NCBI GenBank assembly: GCA_013239625.1
Contig: MU053810.1
Coordinates: forward strand, 496,001 to 560,000
Length of the DNA stretch: 64,000 bases
Direction: 5' to 3'
Source of the DNA: Lama guanicoe
Lineage: Eukaryota
The position numbers and the translations under genes are program-made. Below, one piece after another: positions 51,601-59,052 of the stretch. The notes beneath the pieces are model-generated. The model was not told the DNA's origin. It did no database searches and worked only from the letters and a program-made list of their open reading frames with translations. Position 1 is the first letter of the stretch. The number at the start of each line of letters is the position of its first letter.

Positions 51601-54600
51601 TGTCACCACAATTCTTCCCATCTCACCGACCCCTGCTGGGTGACTTTGCTACTCTTCCCATCGAGAAATGGCATCTGTTTCCCGACCCTGTCATTTCAGA
51701 CTGGCTTCGAGACTCACTGTGACCAACAAAATATAGCACCAGGGACACCACGTGATTCTGAGCCTCGGTGTCAAAGGTCTTTCCAGCCGCTGAGCACACG
51801 GGTCTGGAATGCTGCCACCACTGTGCAAAGGCGCTGAGGTGAGTCTGAGGATGAGACCGCGTGGAAAGAGACGCCCAGCTGACAGTCAGCATCAACTGCC
51901 AGACGCGTGAGTGAGGCCACCTTGAAACCACCCAGTGAGGTCGAGCCACCAAATGACTACAGCTGCACGAGTGACCTCAGCAAGACCGACAGAGAACTCG
52001 CCCAGTGTCGAGACTCAAGGAGGCCCTGAGAACACCAAAAACAGAAATATCATCCAGAAAGGTCCATCACAGATCTACACAGAAGACCCACTGTACAAGT
52101 ACATATGTACATACATATAGACACGAAATTTACCCCATATATCCATACAAACACATATGGGTAAAATCAGTGCTGTTGAAAACACATGCGGTTCTAACTG
52201 TATTTCTGAGTTCATTCATCCAGTAGTTGTCCACCAAGCTCCTCTTATGTATCAGGTACTGTTCCAAGAGCTGGGAACAGAGCTCTCCAAGACCCTGTTG
52301 TCAGGAAGACTCTATTCTAATAGAAATACTGAGGGAATGACATCAGATGGAAATAAAGGTTCCACAAAAAATTAAGGTGAGGTGAGGGAATAAACAGTGA
52401 TGCGCCAAAATGTGTCAGTCCGTTCAGTGGAATACTATTCAGCCTTAAAAAGGAAGGATATTCTTACCTGTACCATGGCATCACATACCATGGCATCATG
52501 TACCATAACATGGATGAATCTGGAGGACGTTATGCCAAGTGACATAAGCCAGTCAGAGAAGGACAAATATGATTCCTCTTACATGAGGTATTTAGAGGGG
52601 CCAAAGCCATAGGCACAGAAAGTAGAAGGGTGGTTGCCAGGGGCTGGTGGAGGGGGAATGGGGAGTTAGTGTTTAACTGATACAGAGTTTTGGTTTCACA
52701 AGATGACAAGAGCTCTGTAGATGGATGGTGGTCAGGGTTGCCCAACATTATAACTACTTAATACCACTGAACTGCACGTTTTAAAATGGTTAAGATGGTA
52801 AATTTTATGTTATGTGTATTTTACCTCAATAAAAAAAATTGTTTTAAAAAATTCTAAGGGAAAATTATTTCCAACCTAGAATTCTATTTAAAAAAAGAAA
52901 AAGAAAAAAAGAGTGATGTACCAGCAAGGGTTACCATTAAGTCATTTCAGAAAGGAAAGTGAATGACGAACACTTAACATGACTTTTCAGCAGAGACGCG
53001 AATGAAAAAACAGGAACATCATTAAAGTACATAATTCTTAAACTTTTCCAAGTTTGCATTAAAAAAACATGCATGGTAATTTCTTTCCTTTTAAACACGG
53101 AACTATAGGGAATAGAAGAAACGGTTACATTCATTTTCTAAAGGTAGAGATGAGAGGAATTACTCAATTTCACAACTTGTAATTAATGGAGGAGGAAGTA
53201 CTCAATTTTGAAAACCTTATTAATTGAGCACTGATAAGGGATACAGGACAGAGATCAGCACACAACTTCAAACAGGACAAAAAAATGGAAGAGGATGGGG
53301 CCAAAGCCAAAGTATTTATTTTACATGGTAATTGAGATTTAATCATCACAACATTTCTTCACGCTAAAATTTAAAGATTTTTTTCTGGTATACTTTACCT
53401 TCCTGCAACCACCAGAGTTCCATCATCCAGTAAATAATCCTTCACATTCTGAGGAAGTGGAAGAATGATGCTAAAAAACAAAATACATATAACAAAAAAG
53501 GCATCACTTAAAAAGACCAACCATAAGCAGAGAGAAAAAATTCCAAACTCCGTTAATTTCTGAATTGCTTATCTTCTTTATTGTAGGAAGCTTTTTTCTT
53601 TTTAACTGAAGTATAGCTGCTTTACGATGTTGTGTCAATTTTTGGCATACAGCATAGTGATTCAGTTATACATATTTTTCTTCTTCTCTCCTTTATTTTA
53701 ATATGAAGTGGGGAATGTTAATGATGCACATTTGGTAGAGGCAGACTAGAAACTAGAATAATATAAATAAATATCGCAGTAAACTAAATTAGGTGCATAT
53801 AATTATCCCAATTGTCTTTGTGGTAAAGAAACAAAAACCAGTCAAATCCAAAGAATTTGGCTGACATTTGCAGCAACATGGATGTCCCTGAAGAATGTCA
53901 TTCTAAGTGAAGTAAGCCAGAAAGAGGAAGAAAATTACCATATGTGGAATGTAAAAAAAAGAACATAAATACAAAACAGAAACAAACTCATAGACATAGA
54001 ATACAAACCTGTGATTGCCAGGGGGAGCGGGGTAGGAAGGGACAGACTGGGAGTTCGAAATTTGTAGATACTGACAGGCATATGTAGAATAGATAAACAA
54101 GATTATACTGTATAGCACAGGGAAATATATACAAGATCTTGTGGTAGCTCACAGCGAAAAAGAATGTGGCAATGAATACATGTATGTTCATGTATAACTG
54201 AAAAATCGTGCTCTACACTGGAATTTGACACAACACTATAAACTGACTATAACTCAATAAAAAAGAAAGTGTTAAAACAACAACAACAACAACAAAGAAC
54301 TGGGGTGAAATCAAAGTATGAAAGCAGCAAGCTCTAAAGAATTGTGAGTACAGGGGTGATATGCCTTTAAGGAATTGGAGACCAGTAGGTATTTGCTTCA
54401 ACACAGGAAATGCAGGAAAAGAATCAGAAGATTAAGGCATCTGACCGCCTTCTAAGATACAGGATGCAAGTAGACTTAAGATCTGGAAGCCTTTCTCTGG
54501 TTGGCAATGAACGTATAAGGCTAAGAATTCATGATACATTCGGATGAGCTGTGGTGGCATTCTACTCACCTGGGCACCAGAGCTACACAGCTGCTCACCT

Positions 54601-57600
54601 GGACCTGCTTCAGTTTAATTTGTTTCAGATAACCCTACTGACCGCTGGCCAAGCCACACCTGGTATCACTTGAAAAACGTATGGGATAATTTGCTTTTTC
54701 CTCTGTAATAAACAAATGAATCATCAAAAAGTCCTGACACAGATAACTTGAAAGTAATGCTATTACTTTGATCTTGAGGCATATATTTTTAAAATACCGA
54801 AAACAAGTATGGCCTGCTTTCAGAGAGAACATCACTGACTTATAACACTGTACTTCATTTATTTACTGAATAAGGTTTTTGGAACATTACAGATGGTTTT
54901 TGTGCACAGAAAAGATTATTCATGGGCTACTTTGGTTTTTTTAATTAATTATCTAATTTATCAAAGTTACTGTTTCACATTCAAAAGCCTACTTTTACAG
55001 GCTTTTTAAGTTCAGCTAATTGAATCTTATTATTTTATTTGTAAATCTGGTAAATTTTAACCAATTTCAGGTGAGTCTTTGAAACTTAACAGTTGCTTTA
55101 AATTTTTTAGCTCTATTATAAAAATAATCTATTCAATTTTCTTTTTAAATATGTCAACTGTCTAATTACAGATAAACCTTTCCAAGTATTTAACTCTTAC
55201 AAAACCAGTGAATTAAACTATAAGTATAGTGAATCCAAGGTTCCTGCAAACATTCCAGTACTATTTAAAAACTTTGAAATTTTTTCTTGTGTAGTTTAAC
55301 GTATTACGATTCTAAACCAATTACATGATTTAAATTGGAACCACAAGGCCAATCTGTTATATATGCTCATTTAGCCTCAAAATGGCAAATTCTTAAGGAT
55401 ATTAAATAAACTTAAGAAGAAAAAAATCTCCAGTTTGAATTATTTCATCACCACTATAACCCTAGTTCTTCCCAGAGTTAAAGATATTTACTCAACAATG
55501 TCATCCCAAGAGAATTAGAGATGAACTTCCCAAAAGAATGGGAAGTTTATCTTCTCAGGGCCTGAGACTGAGAGATGCAGTCAAGGATGCTGGTTCCTAG
55601 ACATCCTGCCGATCTTCCTGACCACAGTGAGAGCAGAGCCCTCTTCTATGTCAAGAACATCTCTCAAGTCCCCAGATCGATGACTCCAGAGTCTGTGTCC
55701 TTTGTTTCTGAGTTATACTAATTCTCAAGTTTGATGTGAAGCTGGGCTTTCCCTCCAGGCTGCAACAGACTGGATTCAAAATATCTATTTACTGTTTGAT
55801 TCCATCCTGAATTCTCTGCAAATTCTTCCTTTTTTGGAGGGTCTACAATTCTTACAGGTATAAGCTGACACCGAGTAAGATTCTGCATAGTTCTCTTGAG
55901 TCCCTGAGCTCTACAGTCATAGTTCTAAGTCACCTTCTTAATGGCATGATCTTGCATTATGTTATGTAAGTCACGGAAGAGATCAAGATGACTCCATTAA
56001 AAACTCAAAACCTATGAGTGGGAAAAGATACAAAAGAAAAACAAAAAATCATAGTGCAATGTGATAAATGCTGTACCAAGTGCTACCAAAATTCCGAAGA
56101 AAGCCTGACAGCCTGCCATAGACAAGTCGTAGCAGACACACCTGCCCCAAGTAATGCGGCTGTCAGAAAAGCCACGGAAACCCACCATGCAGCCAAATCC
56201 ACTGAGGCCCAACTGACAGATGTAAAAGAATTTAATGGCAAAGTACCCACCCTAGAAAGGGGATATAATTCTATACACACAGACAAGTTACTCTAACGGA
56301 ATGGAGGTTGAAGGGGTCTTTAAAAGATTATTTAATATAACTTCCGTGTTTGAGGAAAGAAATATCTAGAAAGGTAGAGTGGATGGCCCACAGTCATCTA
56401 GCTGATTATTCTTAAGCCTCAGACAAAGTTCTAGAACTTATCAAAAAATGATTCTGTATTCTTAGCTGCGTAATCACCTCTGAACCATGATTAATAAACA
56501 CCAGATAATAAAGCTGAGCCAATAACCAGAATATGGTCTCTAGGCATTAATGGTGACAATGACAATGACAAATCTAACACAACTCCACCAGGATGGAGCA
56601 AAACCCTGTCATATGTTGGGTTCCAGTGATATCAACACAGAACTAACTAGATTGAAGTTACAGTTTAAAGACAGAGGAAAGACTACTTTAAGGCAGCACA
56701 GCTTAGTGGTAAGAAAACCCCACCTCTTGGTTTGTGTCTCATTCCCAGCTTCATATGAATGGTACCCATTTTAAGTGAACTAAAATTATTCTGCTTCAAT
56801 GGAACTTTGGTTAAATCCAAAATATTAACAACAAGCAGCTTTGGGTGTGCTTACTACACACCAGAAACAGTAGCGAGCATTTTTAATGCTTTATTTGATT
56901 TAACTCCCATGACAATCCTATTATTTCTCAATTTTCCAGATGGGGCTGAGAGAGATTAAGCAATTTGCTCAAGATGCTGGTGGAACCAAAATTCAAAGCC
57001 AGACAGATGGCTCTGACTCCAGAGCCCAATTCTTAAACATTATACTTTACTGCGAAGAAATACTATGCGAGACACAACATTGTAAACTGACTACACTTCA
57101 ATAAATATATAATTTTTTTTAAAGAAAAGAAAAAATACTACACCAAAGGTTACAAAGGTACCTGCACACCAAGCACATATCGGTTTCGAGTGAAACCCAA
57201 GTGAAAATGTCTGACAGGTTCCCAAATATACCTTCTGTCACACCAACAGAAAATAAGTAACTCCAGTATCACCTCAAACCCAAAGCCTGTTTCAATTATG
57301 CAAGATAACAGAGGACTGTCATGTCCTACTGGCAAGTAACGTCTATGTTAGGAAGTCACGTCTGCAGCAGTTGTTAAAGCTCTTCCTTCTGATTTGGTGT
57401 GACTTCAGCTATCTTCAAATGCAAAGCTCATCCTCCTCTGAGCTGCTCTAACCTCCATCACACCCTGGATAACCAGAAGCAGATTCAATGTATGAATAAC
57501 AGGACAGAAAAGAACTGCCTTTTGAATCATCTCTTTATGCTCTTCCAAATCCTCAGGATTTCAAAAGTCTCCCTCTGTGTATTCACACTCTCTGCACCAA

Positions 57601-58526
57601 GAATGAAAAGGAACAGACGGCTGACATTTAAATAAGTGGCAATCCAGGTCTAAAAGGGGGGCGGGCAAAATACAGAAAATCCTATCCACGGATTCAAAGT
57701 TCTTTATCTATCCGTCTTAGTGTGGAAAAGCCTACCCTTGCAGCACGCTCCAGATGTTAAGACTGCTTTTGAACATTTGGGGATATTCTCCTAGCTGCCT
57801 TGCCTACATTACCTTGAGTGACCGGGTGAAGGATGAAACAGTTAATCCTCTGCTTGCCCTGCAAACCGGGCATGGATTCCTTGTCGTGGGCCAGGGAACT
57901 AAACGAATACTATTCCACTTCTCTTCCAGGTGGCTTCCATCCCTAACAATACATAAGTATACTTTACTAATGCTTTCCACGTACTCTATCCTACTGGGGC
58001 TTCAGAACAGAATTTGAGGTTGGATCTGTATCCTTGTTCCCATTTGACGGTGACCGAAAGCCTTTAAGTCCCGCGGCGGGTCAGTGGCAAAGCCCAGACT
58101 ACCCAGTTCTCCTGGTCACCTCCCGACTCGGGCAATTCTAAAAGCAGTGATGGTGAACCCGCAAGCCTAAACCAGCTTTATCTGCTCCTCAGCCCTTCTC
58201 TGACCTTCAGTGAGCCAGGGCGCGCCCTCTACTTCCCCAGCAGCTTCCCTATCGCGCAATAGGACGCACAGCAAATATGGATCGAGTTCATTCACCCCCC
58301 TCCGTCCCCCCTACGAAATATCCCTAGGAAGTCGAAATCTCGGCACCGGCGCTCCCATCCAGGCCTGCGGTCGTCTGGACGGAGGTGGGACTCGCCCCAA
58401 ATGTCGCAGTCCTTTGGGCCCCTCGCGCCGGCGAAGCCCACTCCTGTCTCACCTCTTGATGGTGAGGCTTCGGAACAGTGGGTACCATGCGGAGAACTGA
58501 CAGTGCAGCACATGCTCTTTCTTCAT
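15578..58526 (-). CDS. CDC123: CDC123 (cell division cycle protein 123, ATP-grasp eIF2 assembly factor), full spliced CDS span, 13 exons, 336 aa
   Basis: Hand-spliced exons 74+72+58+33+96+107+49+76+123+29+129+138+27 = 1011 nt, open throughout, all introns GT-AG. Protein [42 protein letters not shown]...[15 protein letters not shown]...VWLIDFNPF...[15 protein letters not shown] matches the CDC123 sequence as I know it. Confidence 0.98.
15932..16107. mobile_element. Tigger2-family (TcMar) MITE in CDC123 intron 12
   Basis: Terminal inverted repeats cagctgacccttgaacaa ... ttatttaagggtcaactg, TA at the right flank. Confidence 0.8.
16361..16498 (-). CDS. CDC123: CDC123 exon 12 (138 nt, [46 protein letters not shown])
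   Basis: Acceptor ccctttgtgaag|G, donor CTG|GTAAAG; peptide visible inside ORF 16340..16672. Confidence 0.97.
18106..18234 (-). CDS. CDC123: CDC123 exon 11 (129 nt, [43 protein letters not shown])
   Basis: Acceptor gtgctgcag|G, donor CAG|GTGAGA; carries the LIDFNPF motif. Confidence 0.97.
20150..20590 (+). mobile_element. Ancient L1M 3'-UTR fragments, partly GC/CpG-enriched
   Basis: Anchor tgtcaaaactcac...aaatggtgaacttta...tatctcaaaaaa is typical of L1MC/MD-type ends. Confidence 0.65.
20600..22450 (+). mobile_element. Ancient degraded L1 body (ORF1 / ORF2 5' region) with a nested antisense L1M 3' end at about 22020-22240
   Basis: A-rich strand bias with L1-like motifs (ggttaaaagaatcaaatgagac; aacccagcaacacactactttacaagacac; cagtattaatcagacaaaacacacttt). 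Confidence 0.6.
23000..24310 (+). mobile_element. L1 5' UTR plus N-terminal part of ORF1; no 3' end
   Basis: GC-rich leader, ATG at 23845, then ORF1-like ctaaataatgcagaagaacgagtaagtgatctggaagac...ggggtcccagaaggagaa...atttgaagaaattatgagtgaaaa. Confidence 0.82.
25625..25653 (-). CDS. CDC123: CDC123 exon 10 (29 nt, [10 protein letters not shown])
   Basis: Acceptor cctttgcag|T, donor AGG|GTAAGT; restores frame between exons 9 and 11. Confidence 0.96.
26545..26667 (-). CDS. CDC123: CDC123 exon 9 (123 nt, [40 protein letters not shown])
   Basis: Acceptor cttgttag|G, donor ACT|GTGAGT. Confidence 0.97.
27349..27480 (-). mobile_element. tRNA-derived SINE (Vic-1-like), long form
   Basis: tRNA head plus aaacctaattac extension; TSD gactccattcttt (27336-27348) / gactcccttcttt (27484-27496). 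Confidence 0.88.
28184..28259 (-). CDS. CDC123: CDC123 exon 8 (76 nt, [25 protein letters not shown]+G)
   Basis: Acceptor gtctgcag|C, donor TTG|GTGAGT. Confidence 0.97.
30080..30175. repeat. Imperfect (TG)n/(TA)n microsatellite
   Basis: gtgtgtgtatgtgtatatatatatatacacacatatacatatatttatatatatat... Confidence 0.9.
30325..30373 (-). CDS. CDC123: CDC123 exon 7 (49 nt, [16 protein letters not shown])
   Basis: Acceptor T-run+gcctcaaag|A, donor GAG|GTAAGA. Confidence 0.96.
30930..31930 (-). mobile_element. L2 remnant
   Basis: Purine-rich + strand with L2-like motifs (ggagacagagaccagtcagaaggcttgttgcaacagt; agatatttaggag; catctggaaataatcatcagg). Confidence 0.6.
34622..35231 (+). mobile_element. Younger 5'-truncated LINE-1 with uninterrupted ORF2 C-terminus, 3' UTR and A-tail
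   Basis: ORF 34554..34904 contains [25 protein letters not shown]...[18 protein letters not shown]...FAATWM...[13 protein letters not shown] aaatacttta / aaatacctta. Confidence 0.95.
37153..37289 (-). mobile_element. tRNA-derived SINE (Vic-1-like), long form
   Basis: Reverse strand gtatagctcagtggtagagcatgtgcttagcgtgtacaaggtcctgcattcaatcccc plus (AAAT)n and extension. Confidence 0.87.
37950..38690. mobile_element. MaLR (MLT1-like) LTR remnant split by a MER5A insertion
   Basis: acctgcagcagccatcatgtaaccatcagg...cctgctccctggtgaccttgatgag...tccagactccttg resembles MLT1 LTRs. Confidence 0.55.
38059..38247. mobile_element. MER5A hAT-Charlie MITE
   Basis: cacctgggaacatgttagaaat...gaatcagaaactctgggcgtggggaccagcaatccgtgtatt...tgattctgatgca follows the MER5A consensus over about 190 bp. 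Confidence 0.85.
40336..40505. repeat. Minisatellite, 3 copies of 56-57 bp
   Basis: Units start at 40336, 40392 and 40449: gccgtctgycc...gaggatgagmcctgg.gta.ccggcaaggg.aggggaac. Confidence 0.95.
40948..41073 (-). mobile_element. tRNA-derived SINE (Vic-1-like), long form
   Basis: Reverse strand ggggaggatatagctcaagtggtggagtgcacacc...gaggtcctgggttcagtccc plus extension. Confidence 0.85.
41341..41447 (-). CDS. CDC123: CDC123 exon 6 (107 nt, [35 protein letters not shown]+P)
   Basis: Acceptor atgattcag|G, donor CC|GTAAGT. Confidence 0.97.
43489..43584 (-). CDS. CDC123: CDC123 exon 5 (96 nt, [32 protein letters not shown])
   Basis: Acceptor ctctctgtag|G, donor AGG|GTAGGA; carries the conserved FPKLNWSAP motif. 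Confidence 0.97.
44406..44556 (-). mobile_element. tRNA-derived SINE (Vic-1-like), long form
   Basis: Near-consensus head; TSD tttatcccttt at 44395-44405 and 44560-44570. Confidence 0.9.
46660..48230 (-). mobile_element. Ancient L1MC-like 3' UTR, interrupted by a SINE
   Basis: ttaactttttattgtgaaataatttc start; cccttta-cccctaa...aatacttcaatatatatttcctaaaaa; gagatactttgag...aatatcct motifs. Confidence 0.7.
46687..46867 (+). mobile_element. tRNA-derived SINE (Vic-1-like), long form, nested in L1
   Basis: Perfect 12-bp TSD tgaaataatttc at 46675-46686 and 46868-46879. Confidence 0.92.
49287..49319 (-). CDS. CDC123: CDC123 exon 4 (33 nt, [11 protein letters not shown])
   Basis: Acceptor tccccttcag|T, donor ACG|GTAAGA; peptide visible inside ORF 49167..49505. 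Confidence 0.96.
49550..49607 (-). CDS. CDC123: CDC123 exon 3 (58 nt, [19 protein letters not shown])
   Basis: Acceptor ttcttccag|G, donor CAG|GTTGGT. Confidence 0.96.
49817..49885 (+). mobile_element. Internally deleted Vic-1-like SINE
   Basis: ggagggatacaggtcagtggtag^gtcctgggttcaa...ctccactgaaaagaaaa; degenerate TSD agagacgccggaa / agagacggcagaa. Confidence 0.7.
51130..51590 (+). mobile_element. Ancient L1/HAL1-like ORF1 remnant
   Basis: agatccaatatctaaattataggagttccagaaaaagaa...gaggaaattatcagag motif. Confidence 0.55.
51599..52040. mobile_element. MaLR LTR (MLT1E/F/G-like)
   Basis: cccagctgacagtcagcatcaactgccagacgcgtgagtgaggccaccttg...tgactacagctgcacgagtgacc resembles MLT1. Confidence 0.75.
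52410..52840 (+). mobile_element. L1MA/MB-type 3' end with an internal 15-bp tandem duplication (taccatggcatca..)
   Basis: ggaatactattcagccttaaaaaggaagga...acatggatgaatctggaggacgttatgccaagtga...aaaatggttaagatggtaaattttatgttatgtgtattttacc. Confidence 0.9.
53399..53470 (-). CDS. CDC123: CDC123 exon 2 (72 nt, [23 protein letters not shown]+R)
   Basis: Acceptor tgttttttag|C, donor AG|GTAAAG; frame continuous with exons 1 and 3. Confidence 0.97.
53592..53680 (-). mobile_element. Very short L1 3' tail, sense to CDC123
   Basis: ttttaactgaagtatagctgctttacgatgttgtgtcaatttttggcatacagcatagtgattcagttata is the reverse complement of the tail seen in the other copies. Confidence 0.8.
53866..54293 (+). 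mobile_element. 5'-truncated LINE-1 3' end with (AAC)n tail
   Basis: Colinear with the copy at 34800-35230; degenerate TSD aaagaatttggctga / aaagaactggggtga. Confidence 0.92.
56830..57050 (-). mobile_element. MIR
   Basis: ctcaattttccagatggggctgagagagattaagcaatttgctcaag...ctgactccagagccc resembles reverse-strand MIR. Confidence 0.75.
57070..57132 (+). mobile_element. L1 3' tail of about 60 bp
   Basis: gacacaacattgtaaactgactacacttcaataaa; TSD-like aaatacta on both sides. Confidence 0.75.
58453..58526 (-). CDS. CDC123: CDC123 coding exon 1 (74 nt, [24 protein letters not shown]+S)
   Basis: ATG at 58526-58524 in context AGG-ATG-A; donor AG|GTGAGA at 58452. Confidence 0.97.
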
Positions 58527-58789
58527 CCTCCAGCCGCCGCCGTCGCCGCCACCGCTTCTCCCTCTCCTCCCAGCACCCTCCCGGAACCCTGGTCTCCCGT
58601 CCCGGAAGTGCCCGCCGAGCTGGTTTGGTTCAAGGACACTTCCGGTCCCTTAGGCAAGGAGGAAGGAGCGAAAAGGGAGCCGAGAGAAGGAACCGTGGGG
58701 CGTGCTTTTAGTGTACACTGACACACACGCACACAAACACACGCACGCATAGAGTTCTGGCTGCGGAACAGGAATTCCGGAAGTGTTGA

Positions 58790-59052
58790 GACAAAGATTC
58801 TAAGCAGCGCGCCGCCCCGCTTCCCGCCCAGCCGCGCGCTGCCCCGGAAGGTAATCGTGTGCGGCTGGGTCACCGGCGGGCATGCTAAAGGTGCCGGGAG
58901 GGGGCGAGCGCGCACCCTCTCACCACCTCATCTCGAGGCTTGGTTGTGGCTAGTGTAGTAGCACCGCATCGCTGCCGCCTCGGACTCGCGGTTTCTCTTT
59001 CCTCCTCCTTCTTAGAGGAGTGCCCATCCCTTCGCCCCACGCCTTGGAGTAG
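58790..59052 (+). other. NUDT5: Probable non-coding first exon(s) of NUDT5; start not determinable, candidate donors AAG|GTAATC (58851) and TAG|GTAACT (59053)
   Basis: Plus-strand donor sites inside the CpG island; identity rests only on the known head-to-head NUDT5-CDC123 arrangement in mammals. No NUDT5 coding exon recognised in the window. Confidence 0.5.

Noticed and set aside
57340..57600. Exon-like segment in CDC123 intron 1
   Set aside because: A plausible acceptor near 57592 but no convincing donor at exon distance, and not needed for the complete CDS
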